Origin: an uncultured Gemmatimonadales bacterium
GTDB taxonomy: Bacteria; Gemmatimonadota; Gemmatimonadetes; Longimicrobiales; Longimicrobiaceae
Reading direction: 5' to 3'
Assembly (NCBI GenBank): GCA_963716255.1
Contig: OY970303.1
Location: 2,560,001 to 2,624,000 of the forward strand
Length of the DNA stretch: 64,000 bases
Part shown: piece after piece, positions 1 to 9,575 of the stretch
How positions within the stretch are numbered: position 1 is the stretch's first letter
Layout: every line of letters starts with the position of its first letter
Program-made: the position numbers and the translations under genes
The notes under the pieces: generated by a model
The model's input: only the letters and a program-made list of their open reading frames with translations
The model's database searches: none
Told to the model about the DNA's origin: nothing

Positions 1-120
1 CGTGCCGTCGGAGTAGTTGTAGGCGTGGCCAGCGGTCAGGTCCTCGACCTTGCCCACCACGGTGGTGGTCGGCGCGCGGTACGTGCGCTCGGGCCGGCTG
101 CGGTCTTCGGCGTGGCTCAT
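1..120 (-). CDS. Lasso peptide precursor (3' end runs off the window)
   Basis: Manual translation from ATG at 120: MSHAEDRSRPERTYRAPTTTVVGKVEDLTA|GHAYNYSDGT... Leader YxxP...G...LT motif with Thr at -2, core Gly1 with Asp8, GAGGAAG RBS upstream, directly downstream of the cyclase. Absent from the ORF track. Confidence 0.9.
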   Translation of the reverse strand, partial: MSHAEDRSRPERTYRAPTTTVVGKVEDLTAGHAYNYSDGT

Positions 121-233
121 GTGCGATCTTCCTCGCGTGTGAGTGGGTGGGGATGCTCGCGCTCCCCGGGGAGCACCCGGGCCGTGCCGTGGAGATCCGC
201 GGCCGTCCGGGCGCCGTCGTCGTCCTGCTGCGG

Positions 234-2003
234 TCAGGCGGCGGCCGCGTCCGCGGGGCGGCTCGCGGCGAGGCGCGGGCGGGGCGAGAAGCCTTCCAGC
301 CCCTGAAGCCACGCCTCCAGGTTCGCGGACGCCATGAAGTGCCGGACGCCGACCGTCCTTCCGAAGCGGGCCTGCTGCACCGCCTCCCGCCACGGACCCG
401 CGGCGGCGTACCCTCGCTCGACGATGCGCGGGCGTTCCGTCAGCATCCCGATCCACGCATCGCCCGACTCCAGCCCTTCCTGGACCGCCTGGTCCGGCCC
501 CTGCTTTCCCCGCCGGCGCAGCGTCCGCCGCGGAACCACGCCCTCCATGGCGAGGCGCTGGAGCGGGCGGTCGCCGCCGCTGAGGTACTTGTGCTCCCAC
601 GGGATGGAAAGCATGAGCTCCACCAGCGGGCGGTGGAAGAGCGGGTGGCGGTACTCGGCCCCCGCGGAGGCGTGTGCGAAGTGGACGGCGGCGGCGCTGG
701 CGTTGTGGATGATCCGCTCCATGTGGTACGCCGCCTCCACGGTCCGGCCCCCCGGCGCGGGCGAAGCCCTGCCGCGGTCCCGGAGCCCCACGGCCGCCGC
801 GTAGCGCGGGTCGGCCCAGGAGATCGCCACGGGCGGAATGTCCAGCGCCTGGCCACGAAGGTGGCGCAGCACCGGGCGCAGGCCGAAGCGGTGGAGCAGG
901 TACACGGGCGGCCGGCGCTCGTCCGAGGCGGCGCCCCATTCGCGGGCGCGCCGCCACGCTTCCGCCGCCCGCCCGCGCCGGAGCAGGTCCGCCAGGAAGT
1001 ACGGCCTGGGCACGTCGCCGTGGAACACGGCGTCCCCGCCCTGCCCGGTGAGCACCACGTCCACCCCGTGGTGCCGGAACAGCTCGCGGCAGGTGCGGGA
1101 AAGGCCGCAGCTCGGCAGCCACGCGCTGGGCTCGCCGAAGAACGCCTCCGGCATCTCCGTGAAGGGCCGCACCGCGTCGGCGTCCACCGGGTGCCAGGGC
1201 ACCGGGTGCTCGTCCAGGACCGCGCGAATCCACTTCCGCTCGTCCGCCGTGTGCGACCGCGGGTAGACCATGGAAACGGCCGCCAGGCCGGGCGCGCCCA
1301 GGCGCGCGGCGATGCTGAGCACCGTGGACGAGTCCAGCCCGCCCGAAAGCTCGCACCAGGCACGCCCCTCCTCCGGCAGCGCCGCGGCGACCGCTTCCTC
1401 CAGCCGCGCGCGGAGGCGCTCCGCGTACTCGCGCTCGTCCCGGCAGCGCAGCGTCCGCACCCCGTTGAGCGTGCGCACGTCGTGCCGCGAGATCCTGCCG
1501 TCCCGCCACACCACGCACTCCCCCCGCCTCAGGCGGCGGATGGCGGCGTACGGCGTGCGCTCGCCGAAGTGCTGTCCCTGGGCGAAGTAGTCCGCGACGA
1601 ACTCCTCGTCCAGCGCGCCCACCCCGGTCTCCGCGACCACGTCCTCCAGCGGCGTGCCGAAGGTGACGCCGGCCGGCCCCGCCGCGTAGAAGAGCGGCGC
1701 CAGCCCCAGCTCGTCGTGCGCCAGGAGCAGCGTTCGCGCGGCGGGATCGTAGACCGCGGCGGCGTACTCCCCCACGACGTGCATGGGGAGCTCCGCGCCC
1801 CACCAGCGGAAGGCGAGCGCCACGCGCCCGGCGTCGGAGGCGGGCGGGCGGTGGCCGCGGCGGCGCGCCTCGGCGTCCAGGGCGGCGCGGTCGCCCAGGT
1901 AGCCCCGCAGGAGGACCAGGCACCCCTCCGCCTCCACCGCCCCGGGGTCGGCCACGAGCCGCGGCGTCTCGCCGGCGGTGAGGCGCGCGACGAAGCTGCT
2001 CAC
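234..2003 (-). CDS. Lasso peptide cyclase (asparagine synthetase-like C protein)
   Basis: GTG start at 2003 overlaps the upstream stop (GTGA); ELSGGLDSS PP-loop, TGQGGD and RHPLFHRPLVE motifs; lies between B protein and precursor. Confidence 0.88.
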   Translation of the reverse strand: MSSFVARLTAGETPRLVADPGAVEAEGCLVLLRGYLGDRAALDAEARRRGHRPPASDAGRVALAFRWWGAELPMHVVGEYAAAVYDPAARTLLLAHDELGLAPLFYAAGPAGVTFGTPLEDVVAETGVGALDEEFVADYFAQGQHFGERTPYAAIRRLRRGECVVWRDGRISRHDVRTLNGVRTLRCRDEREYAERLRARLEEAVAAALPEEGRAWCELSGGLDSSTVLSIAARLGAPGLAAVSMVYPRSHTADERKWIRAVLDEHPVPWHPVDADAVRPFTEMPEAFFGEPSAWLPSCGLSRTCRELFRHHGVDVVLTGQGGDAVFHGDVPRPYFLADLLRRGRAAEAWRRAREWGAASDERRPPVYLLHRFGLRPVLRHLRGQALDIPPVAISWADPRYAAAVGLRDRGRASPAPGGRTVEAAYHMERIIHNASAAAVHFAHASAGAEYRHPLFHRPLVELMLSIPWEHKYLSGGDRPLQRLAMEGVVPRRTLRRRGKQGPDQAVQEGLESGDAWIGMLTERPRIVERGYAAAGPWREAVQQARFGRTVGVRHFMASANLEAWLQGLEGFSPRPRLAASRPADAAAA

Positions 2004-2707
2004 GGGCGCAGCCTCGCGATCTCGGTGTAGGAGCCCGTGAACGACGGGCTGTCGTGGACCACGCTCCCCCCGCACTCCACCCAGGCGTGGGCCTCGAAGG
2101 GAAAGCGCTGCACCCCGATGCAGTGCTCGGCGGGCACCCCCACCGAGCGCAGGAAGCGGAAGAGCGCCAGCGAGCGCGGCAGGCAGTCCCGGGGCGCGCC
2201 GCGGAGCATGAAGAAGTTTTCGGCGCGGGAAAACGCCTGCCGGGCGCGGGCAACCCGCGCGGCGGCGTCCTCGCCGCCGGGCGACGGGCAGGGCAGGCGG
2301 GCATACCGCCGGTAGGTGTCGGAGAAGCCCCGCCGCGAGATCGAGCGGCTCGTGGCCAGGAGGGAGAGCCACGCGCGGAGGGCCAGGGCGCGGCGCGCGG
2401 CCCGGCCCGGCGCGGCCGGGGCCGCGGCGGGGGCGGGGGCGGGAGGCTCCGGCGCGAGGAAGCCGCGCTCCAGGCAGTCGCGCGCGAAGGCGTCCAGGTC
2501 GTCCCGCAGGACGCCGGCGGGGGCGTCGAACCGCTCGGCCAGCTCGGCGAGCCGCCGCGCCTCGTCGGGGTGCCCGGTGAGCGCCTGCCACATGGCGGTC
2601 GCCACGCGGTCCAGGACCACGTACGACGCGGTGCGAAGGTCCAGCAGTACCACCAGCCCGTCGATTGCGCGGGCCCGGATGTCGGGAGTCGGATACAGGA
2701 TCGGCAT
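2000..2707 (-). CDS. Lasso peptide B protein, fused RRE (PqqD-like) and leader peptidase
   Basis: N-terminal VVLLDLRTASYVVLDRVATAMWQAL...LAERFDA (PqqD-like); C-terminal DCLPRSLAL...IGV...FEAHAWVE (transglutaminase-like Cys/His). Confidence 0.88.
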   Translation of the reverse strand: MPILYPTPDIRARAIDGLVVLLDLRTASYVVLDRVATAMWQALTGHPDEARRLAELAERFDAPAGVLRDDLDAFARDCLERGFLAPEPPAPAPAAAPAAPGRAARRALALRAWLSLLATSRSISRRGFSDTYRRYARLPCPSPGGEDAAARVARARQAFSRAENFFMLRGAPRDCLPRSLALFRFLRSVGVPAEHCIGVQRFPFEAHAWVECGGSVVHDSPSFTGSYTEIARLRP

Positions 2708-3049
2708 GAATGCGCGGCTGGAGGTCCGGAGTCCCACGGCGGCCCTGCCTCGCGGGCGGTGTGGAACCGGCGGAACGCCGGGCGGGCATCAAGCGTGCCC
2801 CGTGCGCGCGTGCGGGCCGCTCCCTCTGCGCGGCCCGGACTCGCCCCGCGGCGGAGTGCCCCGGGTGGGACATTCCTGGGACACCTGTGTGGCGCCCCGG
2901 CAACGGAGGCCGCGCCGCGGCCGCCGCGCCGCCCTTGATTCCCACCGGCCGGCACCGGATCTTTGGGGTCCGCATCCCCACATGCGCCGGTGGCGCGCGG
3001 ACCCCTCTCCGGCCGCGCTCCCTCGACCGCCCCCTGCCTCTCCGGCCCC

Positions 3050-4054
3050 ATGGCGACCGACTACAAGTGCCCGTTCTGCAGGACCGTGGTCAGCTTCCGC
3101 CAGACCATCCCGTCCGGCGTCATCCAGGTCTGCCCCGCGCCCCAGGGGGTGGGCACCTGTGGCGGGCCCATCACCAGCAAGAACCGCTACTACGATCCCA
3201 ACCCGCACGGGAAGGTCTCGTTCGCCAGCCCGAAGACCAAGAAGGTCAGGCTCACACCCACCGCCGCCGGCAGGAGCGCGTCGGCGCCGCCGCTGGCCAT
3301 CCTGGCCGCCACGCCGGCGCACACCACGCGGGTCGTCAACCTCGCCTCCGCCACCTGGACGACCACGACCACCACCAAGATCCGGCTGGCGTACCAGGAC
3401 CTGGACCCGGGCAACCCGGGGATGCAGGGGCTGGTCATCGTGCGGCCGGAACTCGCCAACTACGTCGCCGCCCACGGCGCCGGCAAGCTGAAGCGCCACT
3501 TCGAGGCGGTGGCCGACCTGATGGAGAACAACGTGACCCCCACCGACGCCACCGAGGGGACGGGCGAGGCGGCCGCGGCGCTGGGCGTGGTGGTCAACAA
3601 GAACCACACGTACAAGATGCTATGGGGGATGAACGTGCACCGGGGCGCCGGCATCGACCAGATCTGGGGGCTCCCCGATCCCGCCAACGCGGGGCAGTAC
3701 ACCGACTACCTGGTCGTGGAGGCCAAGGGGCCGGGCCAGGTCCTCACCGTGGACCCGCACCGCCCCGCCGGGATCGGGACGCAGATGTCGCACGACTGGA
3801 TCATCGACAACCTGGCGCGGATGGAGGTGGCCGGGCACGCCGTGGCGACGCGGGTGCTCACGGCCGTGGGGCTCACCACCCACATCCCCGCGCTCTGGCG
3901 GAACTACGGCGGCGCCACCAAGAGCTACTACGGGGTGAACGCGCACAACCCGCCCGCCCACGCGGCCACCCTCCACGCCATGGTGATCACGGCGTCCTGG
4001 ACCGGCGGGGGCGCGCTGACCTACAACATCAGCGGGCAGGCGCAGCACTACTGA
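3050..4054 (+). CDS. Hypothetical protein: N-terminal Cys4 Zn-ribbon and C-terminal PD-(D/E)XK nuclease-like domain
   Basis: ATG at 3050; CPFC...C-x7-C; GE...GIDQIW...YLVVEAKG...QMSHDWI; normal high-GC codon usage. Confidence 0.65.
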   Translation: MATDYKCPFCRTVVSFRQTIPSGVIQVCPAPQGVGTCGGPITSKNRYYDPNPHGKVSFASPKTKKVRLTPTAAGRSASAPPLAILAATPAHTTRVVNLASATWTTTTTTKIRLAYQDLDPGNPGMQGLVIVRPELANYVAAHGAGKLKRHFEAVADLMENNVTPTDATEGTGEAAAALGVVVNKNHTYKMLWGMNVHRGAGIDQIWGLPDPANAGQYTDYLVVEAKGPGQVLTVDPHRPAGIGTQMSHDWIIDNLARMEVAGHAVATRVLTAVGLTTHIPALWRNYGGATKSYYGVNAHNPPAHAATLHAMVITASWTGGGALTYNISGQAQHY

Positions 4055-4064
4055 ACGACTGATA

Positions 4065-4089
4065 CAACCTTTTCGCCCCGGCCGGTGTC
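4065..4089 (+). promoter_or_regulatory. Candidate ECF sigma promoter CAACC-N16-TGTC
   Basis: Same motif and spacing recur at 13365-13389; related motifs lie upstream of the ECF sigma gene and of the gene starting at 21812. Confidence 0.45.
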
Positions 4090-4127
4090 GAAGGAAGTAC
4101 CGCGGGCGGGCACGCTCGCGCCCACCC

Positions 4128-4144
4128 TTTCTACAATGTAGAAA
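4128..4144. promoter_or_regulatory. Perfect palindrome TTTCTACA-A-TGTAGAAA, candidate PadR operator
   Basis: AT-rich 8-1-8 inverted repeat 24 nt upstream of the permease-padR pair. Confidence 0.6.
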
Positions 4145-4168
4145 ACTCATCCGCACCGGAGCCGCACG

Positions 4169-6814
4169 GTGGCCTTTCCCGACCCTCCCCCCGCGCCGCG
4201 GCTCCCCTCCCTCCCGGCGGCGCTGCTGCGCGGCGCCCTCCCCTACGCCGAGCGCGACGAAGTGCTCGGCGACCTGGCGGACGAGCTCCGGGAGCGCGAG
4301 GCCCGGAGCGGACGGGCGGCCGCGCGGCGCTGGCTCTGGACGCAGGTGCTGGCTTCCCTCCCCACCCTGCTGCGCCGGAGCTGGTGGCGCGGCTGGACCG
4401 GCTTCGAACCGCGGGCGAACCGCCTGCACACCGGAGGTCCCCCGATGGAAAGCTGGATCATGGACGCGCGCTTCGTCGCCCGCCGGCTGGCCTCGCGACC
4501 GGCGTACGTCGTCCTGGCGGTGCTCACGCTGGCGCTGGGGGTGGGCGGCACCGCGGCCATCTACGGCGTCGCCCGCAGGTTCCTGCTGGACCCGCTGCCC
4601 TTCGCCCGCGAGCAGGAGCTCGCCGTCTTCTGGAACCGGTTCGACTGGTCCGAGGCGGAATTCCTGTACCTGGGCGATTTCCCCGGCTTTCGCCAGGTGG
4701 CCGCGTACCGCGCCGAGTCGGTGACGCTGGAGCGCGGCGACGGCTCGCCGCGCGTGCTGCCGGGCCTGTCGTCGTCCGCGGGGCTGTTCGGCACGCTGGG
4801 GGTGAAGCCGCTGCTGGGGACGGGGCTCCGCCCCGGGAGCGACCGGCCCGGCGCCGAGCCCGAGGCGGTGCTCAGCTACGGCCTGTGGGAAGAGCTGGGG
4901 AGCGACCCGGGGATCGTGGGGCGGCGGCTCCGCCTGGACGGCGTGGAGCGCACCGTGACCGGCGTGATGCCGCGCGGCTTCTGGTTCCCCGACCCCACGG
5001 TGCGGGTCTGGCTGGCGGAATCGCTCGACCCGGAGAACCGCGCCGGGAACTACGCCCTGGTGGGGCGCATGCAGCCCGGCCGCACCCCGGACGCCATGGG
5101 CCCGGCGCTGAAGCGCATCACCGACCGGCTCCGCGAGGCCTTCACCTACTCCGAGCAGTGGGACAAGACGCGGAACGCCGAGCTCACCCCGGTGCGGGAG
5201 GCGCTGGTGGGGGGAGTGCGCCCCGCGCTGCTGGCGACGCTCGCCGCCATGGGGCTCATCCTCCTCATCGCGTGCGCCAACGTGGCGGCGCTGATGCTGG
5301 GGCAGGTGGACCGGCAGTCCACCGAGATGGCGGTGCGGACCGCGCTCGGCGCGGGGCGCTGGCGGCTGGTGCAGCAGGTGGTGGTGGAGGCCGTGATGGT
5401 GGGGCTGCTTGCCGGGCTGGCGGGGGCGATGCTGGCGGCCGCCGGGTTCCGGCTGCTGGTGGGCGCCCTCCCCCTGGGCGACCTGGCGGAGGGCGCTGCG
5501 CTCGACTGGCGCGTGTTCGCCTCGGCGATCGCCATCGCCACGCTCGCCTCGCTGGCGGTGGCGCTGGTGCCCGGCCTCTCGCTCTGGCACGGCGACGTGC
5601 AGCGGGTGCTGTCGCGGTCGCGCACCAGCGGCATCGGGGGGCGCGGCGGACGCATCGAGGGCGCCCTGGTGATGGCGGAGGTCGCCCTGGCGGTGCTGAT
5701 GGTGTCCGGCGCCGCCCTGCTGATCCGCAGCGTGGCCAACCTGCGGGCCATCGACGCCGGGGTGGAGGTGGCCGGGGTCGCGGTGGTGGACGTCGCCACC
5801 CCCTCCACCATGGAGCCGGAGCGGCGGAGGCAGGCGCTGCGCGAGCTGGTGCGCGAGCTGGACGCGCTCCCGGGCGTGGAGTCCGCGGCCGCCGTGCAGC
5901 GGCTCCCGCTGCGGGGCGGCGGCGACAACTGGGGGCTCGCCATCGAGGGGCGGCCGGAGCTGCAGAGCACCACCTTCTTCCGGGTGGTGTCGCCGGACTA
6001 CTTCCGCGCCATGGGCATCGCGGTGCGGCAGGGCCGCGGCTTCGAGGCCGGGGACCGGGCCGGGGGCGAGCCGGTGGTGGTGGTCAACGAGGCGCTGGCG
6101 ACCCGGTTCTTCCCGGGGGAGAGCCCGGTGGGCCGCAGGCTGGACGAGGGGGACGGTCTGCTGCCCCGCATCGTGGGGGTGGTGGAGAACGTGGCGGAGG
6201 CCGACCTCACCGACGCCCCGGAGCCCGCCCGCTACATGCTCTACGACCAGGTGCCGTACTACACGCCGGAGGTGAACACGCTGGTGCTCCGCGCCGGGCG
6301 CGGCGGCGGCGCGGCGGCGCTGCTGGAGCCCGCCCGCGACGTCGTGCGGCGGGTGGCGCCGGGCCTGGCGGTGCAGACCACCACCACCATGGAGGAGGTA
6401 TTCACCCGGGCGGTGGGTCCCGCGCGGCAGGTGATGTCGCTGCTGGCGCTGCTGGGGGGCCTGGCGATGGTGCTCGGCGCGGTGGGCGTGTACGGGATCG
6501 TGTCGCACGTGGTCAGCCGCCACCGGCGCGACTGGGGAATCCGCATCGCCCTTGGGCTCCAGCCGCGGCGGGTCGTGGGGCAGGTGGTCCGCGGCGGCGG
6601 CGTGCTGGTGGCCGGCGGGATCGTGCTGGGCGTGGTGGCGTTCCTGGCCGCGGCGCGGTGGCTCGCGTCGTTCCTGTACGGCGTGGGCGCGGCGGACCCG
6701 CTTGCGATCGCCGCGGCGGCGGCCGTGCTGCTGCTGACGGGGCTGCTCGCCGCCTTCGTGCCGGCGTGGCGCGCCAGCCGGATCGACCCGGCGGTCGTGC
6801 TCCGCGAGGCGTGA
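4169..6814 (+). CDS. ABC permease of the ADOP (duplicated MacB/FtsX) family
   Basis: LTLALGVGG, LLIACANVA, E.AVR.ALGA and GIRIALG motifs in a duplicated architecture. Confidence 0.9.
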   Translation: MAFPDPPPAPRLPSLPAALLRGALPYAERDEVLGDLADELREREARSGRAAARRWLWTQVLASLPTLLRRSWWRGWTGFEPRANRLHTGGPPMESWIMDARFVARRLASRPAYVVLAVLTLALGVGGTAAIYGVARRFLLDPLPFAREQELAVFWNRFDWSEAEFLYLGDFPGFRQVAAYRAESVTLERGDGSPRVLPGLSSSAGLFGTLGVKPLLGTGLRPGSDRPGAEPEAVLSYGLWEELGSDPGIVGRRLRLDGVERTVTGVMPRGFWFPDPTVRVWLAESLDPENRAGNYALVGRMQPGRTPDAMGPALKRITDRLREAFTYSEQWDKTRNAELTPVREALVGGVRPALLATLAAMGLILLIACANVAALMLGQVDRQSTEMAVRTALGAGRWRLVQQVVVEAVMVGLLAGLAGAMLAAAGFRLLVGALPLGDLAEGAALDWRVFASAIAIATLASLAVALVPGLSLWHGDVQRVLSRSRTSGIGGRGGRIEGALVMAEVALAVLMVSGAALLIRSVANLRAIDAGVEVAGVAVVDVATPSTMEPERRRQALRELVRELDALPGVESAAAVQRLPLRGGGDNWGLAIEGRPELQSTTFFRVVSPDYFRAMGIAVRQGRGFEAGDRAGGEPVVVVNEALATRFFPGESPVGRRLDEGDGLLPRIVGVVENVAEADLTDAPEPARYMLYDQVPYYTPEVNTLVLRAGRGGGAAALLEPARDVVRRVAPGLAVQTTTTMEEVFTRAVGPARQVMSLLALLGGLAMVLGAVGVYGIVSHVVSRHRRDWGIRIALGLQPRRVVGQVVRGGGVLVAGGIVLGVVAFLAAARWLASFLYGVGAADPLAIAAAAAVLLLTGLLAAFVPAWRASRIDPAVVLREA

Positions 6815-6851
6815 CCGCCCCGCCGAACCGCGACCCGGGGGGAACCGTCCC

Positions 6852-7181
6852 ATGAGCGAGCATGCGCCGCTGGGAAGCTTCGAGGAGCAGGTCCTGCTCG
6901 CCGTGCTGCGCACCGGCGAGGCGTACGGCATGAGCGTGCGCCGCGAGATCGAGTCGGCCACGGGACGCGGCGTGGCGATCGGCGCGGTCTACGCCACGCT
7001 GGACCGCATGGAGGCCAAGGGGCTGGTGGAATCCGCCCGCCCGGCGCTGGGCGAGCGGTCGCGCCGGGTCTTCGCGGTGACGCCGGAGGGCGCGAGAGCG
7101 CTGGCGGCCACGCGGGCCATGCGCGAGCGGCTCTGGCAGGGGATCGACCTGCGCCGCCTCCTCCCGGAGGGCGGAGGGTAG
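6852..7181 (+). CDS. PadR family transcriptional regulator
   Basis: LGSFEEQVLLA...AYG...GAVYATLDRME.KGLV motif; adjacent to the ADOP permease. Confidence 0.9.
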   Translation: MSEHAPLGSFEEQVLLAVLRTGEAYGMSVRREIESATGRGVAIGAVYATLDRMEAKGLVESARPALGERSRRVFAVTPEGARALAATRAMRERLWQGIDLRRLLPEGGG

Positions 7182-7259
7182 CCGCGGCGCCGGGAACGCG
7201 CTTGCTCCCCGCGGCGGGGCGCCCCATGTTCTCCGGAACCAACCCGAAACGGAGATCCC

Positions 7260-9062
7260 ATGATCGCTGCCCTGTTCGCCCTTTTCGCAGCCGCGCCGCA
7301 GCAGGCCGCCCAGGACACCGCCCACATCAAGCAGGGTGTGGACTACCGCGTGGAAGCCCGCCTGGACGAGACCACCAACGTGCTCGCCGGGCGGGCGCGC
7401 CTGCGCTACACCAACCACTCCCGGACCGCGCTCGACACCCTCTACTTCCACCAGTACCTGAACGCGTTCCGCCCCAACAGCGCGTGGGCGCGGCGCGAGA
7501 TGCAGTTCGGGAACCGGCGCTTCCAGGACCTGGGGCCGGAGGACCACGCCTTCGAGCGGTTCCGCGCCGTGGAAGTGGACGGGCGGGCGGTGGCCCCGGT
7601 GTACCCCGGCGCGCCCGACTCCACGGTGGTGGCGATCCCCCTCCCCGCCCCCCTGGCCCCGGGCGCCACGGCGACGGTGCGGATGGACTGGGACGCGCGC
7701 CTTTCCACCGTGCCGCGGCGGCAGGGGCGGCGCGGGCGGCACTTCGACTTCGCGCACTGGTACCCGCGCATCGCCCCCTTCGACCGGGGCGGCTGGCAGC
7801 CGCACCCGCTCCTCCCGCAGGGCGAGTTCTACGGCGACTTCGCCTCGTACGACGTGACGCTGGAGCTGCCGGAGGACCAGGTGGTCGCGGCCACCGGCGT
7901 TCCCGTGGACGGCGACCCGGGGTGGCGCACCGGCGGGCAGATCCCGCCCCCGGAGGCGCTCCGCCGCGACGCCTACCCCGCGCGCCCCGCCGAGGCGCTG
8001 GGGCTGCTCGCGGGGGAGGCCGGCGCCGGGCGCAAGCGCATCCGCTGGCGCGCGGAGGACGTGCACCACTTCGCCTGGAACACCTCGCCCACCTTCCGCT
8101 ACGACGGCGTCATCCGCACCTCGCTGGACGACGCGGGCAACGCCACCCCGCTCCCCAGCATCCACGTGCTCTACGAGCCGTCGGACACCGGCTGGAGCGG
8201 CAACGTGACGCGCCACACCTTCAACGCGGTGAGCTGGCTCCAGGGGATCTTCGGCCCGTACCTGTGGCCGCAGCTCACCATCACCAGCCGCGCGGAGGGG
8301 CGCGGGGGGACGGAGTACCCCATGCTGGTCATGAACGCATCCCCCTCGGAGGGGCTGGTGGTGCACGAGGTCACGCACCAGTGGCTGCACGGGATGCTCG
8401 CCAACAACGAGTGGCAGGCGGGGTGGCTGGACGAGGGCTTCACCTCGTTCGTGACGGACTGGTACTTCGAGGAGAAGGGGCAGGCGAACGTCTGGGACCA
8501 GACGATGGAGAGCCTGGCGGACCGGGAGCGCCGCGGGCTGTCGCAGCCGGTGGGGCTGCCGGGCGAGGCGTTCCGCGACATGTCCACCTACAGCTCCATG
8601 ACCTACGACAAGGCGTCCGTGGTCTTCCGCATGCTCCGCGAGCTGCTGGGCGAGGACGTCTTCCGCCGCGTGATGCGCGCCTTCTACGACCGCCACAAGC
8701 TCCAGCACGTGGACGAGGCGGATCTCGCCGCCGTGGCGGAGGAAGTGAGCGGCAGGGAGCTGGACTGGTTCTTCCGGCAGTGGCTGCACACCACGGACAC
8801 GCTGGACTACGGCATCGGCAAGGCAGGCACGGCGCGCCTGCCCGACGGCCGGTGGCGGACCACGGTGGAGGTGCTGCGCCTGGGCCGCGCCTGGATGCCG
8901 GTGCAGCTCCAGGTGGGCGGGACGACCCGCACCCTGGACTCGCGGGAGCCGCGCCAGGTGGTGGAGGTGGTGACGCGCGAGCGTCCCCGCGAGGCGGTGC
9001 TGGACCCGCGCGCGGTACTGCTGGACCTGGACCGCACCAACAACCGCGCCGAGATCCGGTAG
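7260..9062 (+). CDS. Secreted M1 family metallopeptidase
   Basis: Signal peptide; GGTEYP; HEVTHQW...WLDEG; YDKA motifs. Confidence 0.88.
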   Translation: MIAALFALFAAAPQQAAQDTAHIKQGVDYRVEARLDETTNVLAGRARLRYTNHSRTALDTLYFHQYLNAFRPNSAWARREMQFGNRRFQDLGPEDHAFERFRAVEVDGRAVAPVYPGAPDSTVVAIPLPAPLAPGATATVRMDWDARLSTVPRRQGRRGRHFDFAHWYPRIAPFDRGGWQPHPLLPQGEFYGDFASYDVTLELPEDQVVAATGVPVDGDPGWRTGGQIPPPEALRRDAYPARPAEALGLLAGEAGAGRKRIRWRAEDVHHFAWNTSPTFRYDGVIRTSLDDAGNATPLPSIHVLYEPSDTGWSGNVTRHTFNAVSWLQGIFGPYLWPQLTITSRAEGRGGTEYPMLVMNASPSEGLVVHEVTHQWLHGMLANNEWQAGWLDEGFTSFVTDWYFEEKGQANVWDQTMESLADRERRGLSQPVGLPGEAFRDMSTYSSMTYDKASVVFRMLRELLGEDVFRRVMRAFYDRHKLQHVDEADLAAVAEEVSGRELDWFFRQWLHTTDTLDYGIGKAGTARLPDGRWRTTVEVLRLGRAWMPVQLQVGGTTRTLDSREPRQVVEVVTRERPREAVLDPRAVLLDLDRTNNRAEIR

Positions 9063-9171
9063 CCGCGCGGGCCGCGCGGTGCCCCGGCACGGGCGGCTCC
9101 CCGCCGGAAACGCTCCTCCCGCCCGGCCCCGCCGGGCGGGAGGTCCCGGTCTGCTCCCACCGCGCACCGCG

Positions 9172-9561
9172 ATGATCCTCCTTTCCCTCGCCGTCGGCGG
9201 CATCTTGGGCACCCTGGCCCGCTACGGCCTGGCCGGCTGGGTGCAGGGATGGGCGGGAGCCTCCTTTCCCTGGGGCACCTTCGCCGTCAACCTCCTGGGC
9301 TCCTTTCTCCTGGGGCTGGCGCTGCGCGGCTCGGAGGCCGCCGCATTCTCCCCCGAGACGCGCGCGCTGCTGACCACCGGCTTCTGCGGCGCGTTCACCA
9401 CCTTCAGCACGCTGAGCTGGGAAACGGTCGCGCTCCTCCAGGCCGGCGCCTGGGGCCGCGCCGGCGCCTACGCCCTGGGCAGCCTGGGCCTCGGCCTCGC
9501 CGCCGTGTGGGCCGGCCTCTCGCTGGCGCCCGTCGTGCTGGGATCTCACTCCGCCACCTGA
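9172..9561 (+). CDS. crcB: Fluoride channel CrcB/FluC
   Basis: GG.LG..ARY, FPWGTF.VN..GSF and TGFCGAFTTFST motifs. Confidence 0.93.
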   Translation: MILLSLAVGGILGTLARYGLAGWVQGWAGASFPWGTFAVNLLGSFLLGLALRGSEAAAFSPETRALLTTGFCGAFTTFSTLSWETVALLQAGAWGRAGAYALGSLGLGLAAVWAGLSLAPVVLGSHSAT

Positions 9562-9575
9562 GCTCCCCACGGCGC

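Noticed and set aside
2004..2981. Long N-terminal extension of the cyclase in ORF 234-2981
   Set aside because: It overlaps the B gene in another frame and has low-complexity composition; the GTGA-coupled start at 2003 is preferred.
4169..6814. ADOP permease as the lasso peptide exporter
   Set aside because: Opposite strand, separated by another gene, paired with its own PadR, and not the ATPase-fused exporter type typical of lasso clusters.
9063..9171. Fluoride riboswitch upstream of crcB
   Set aside because: I could not find the conserved riboswitch core in this short GC-rich spacer; cmscan would be decisive.
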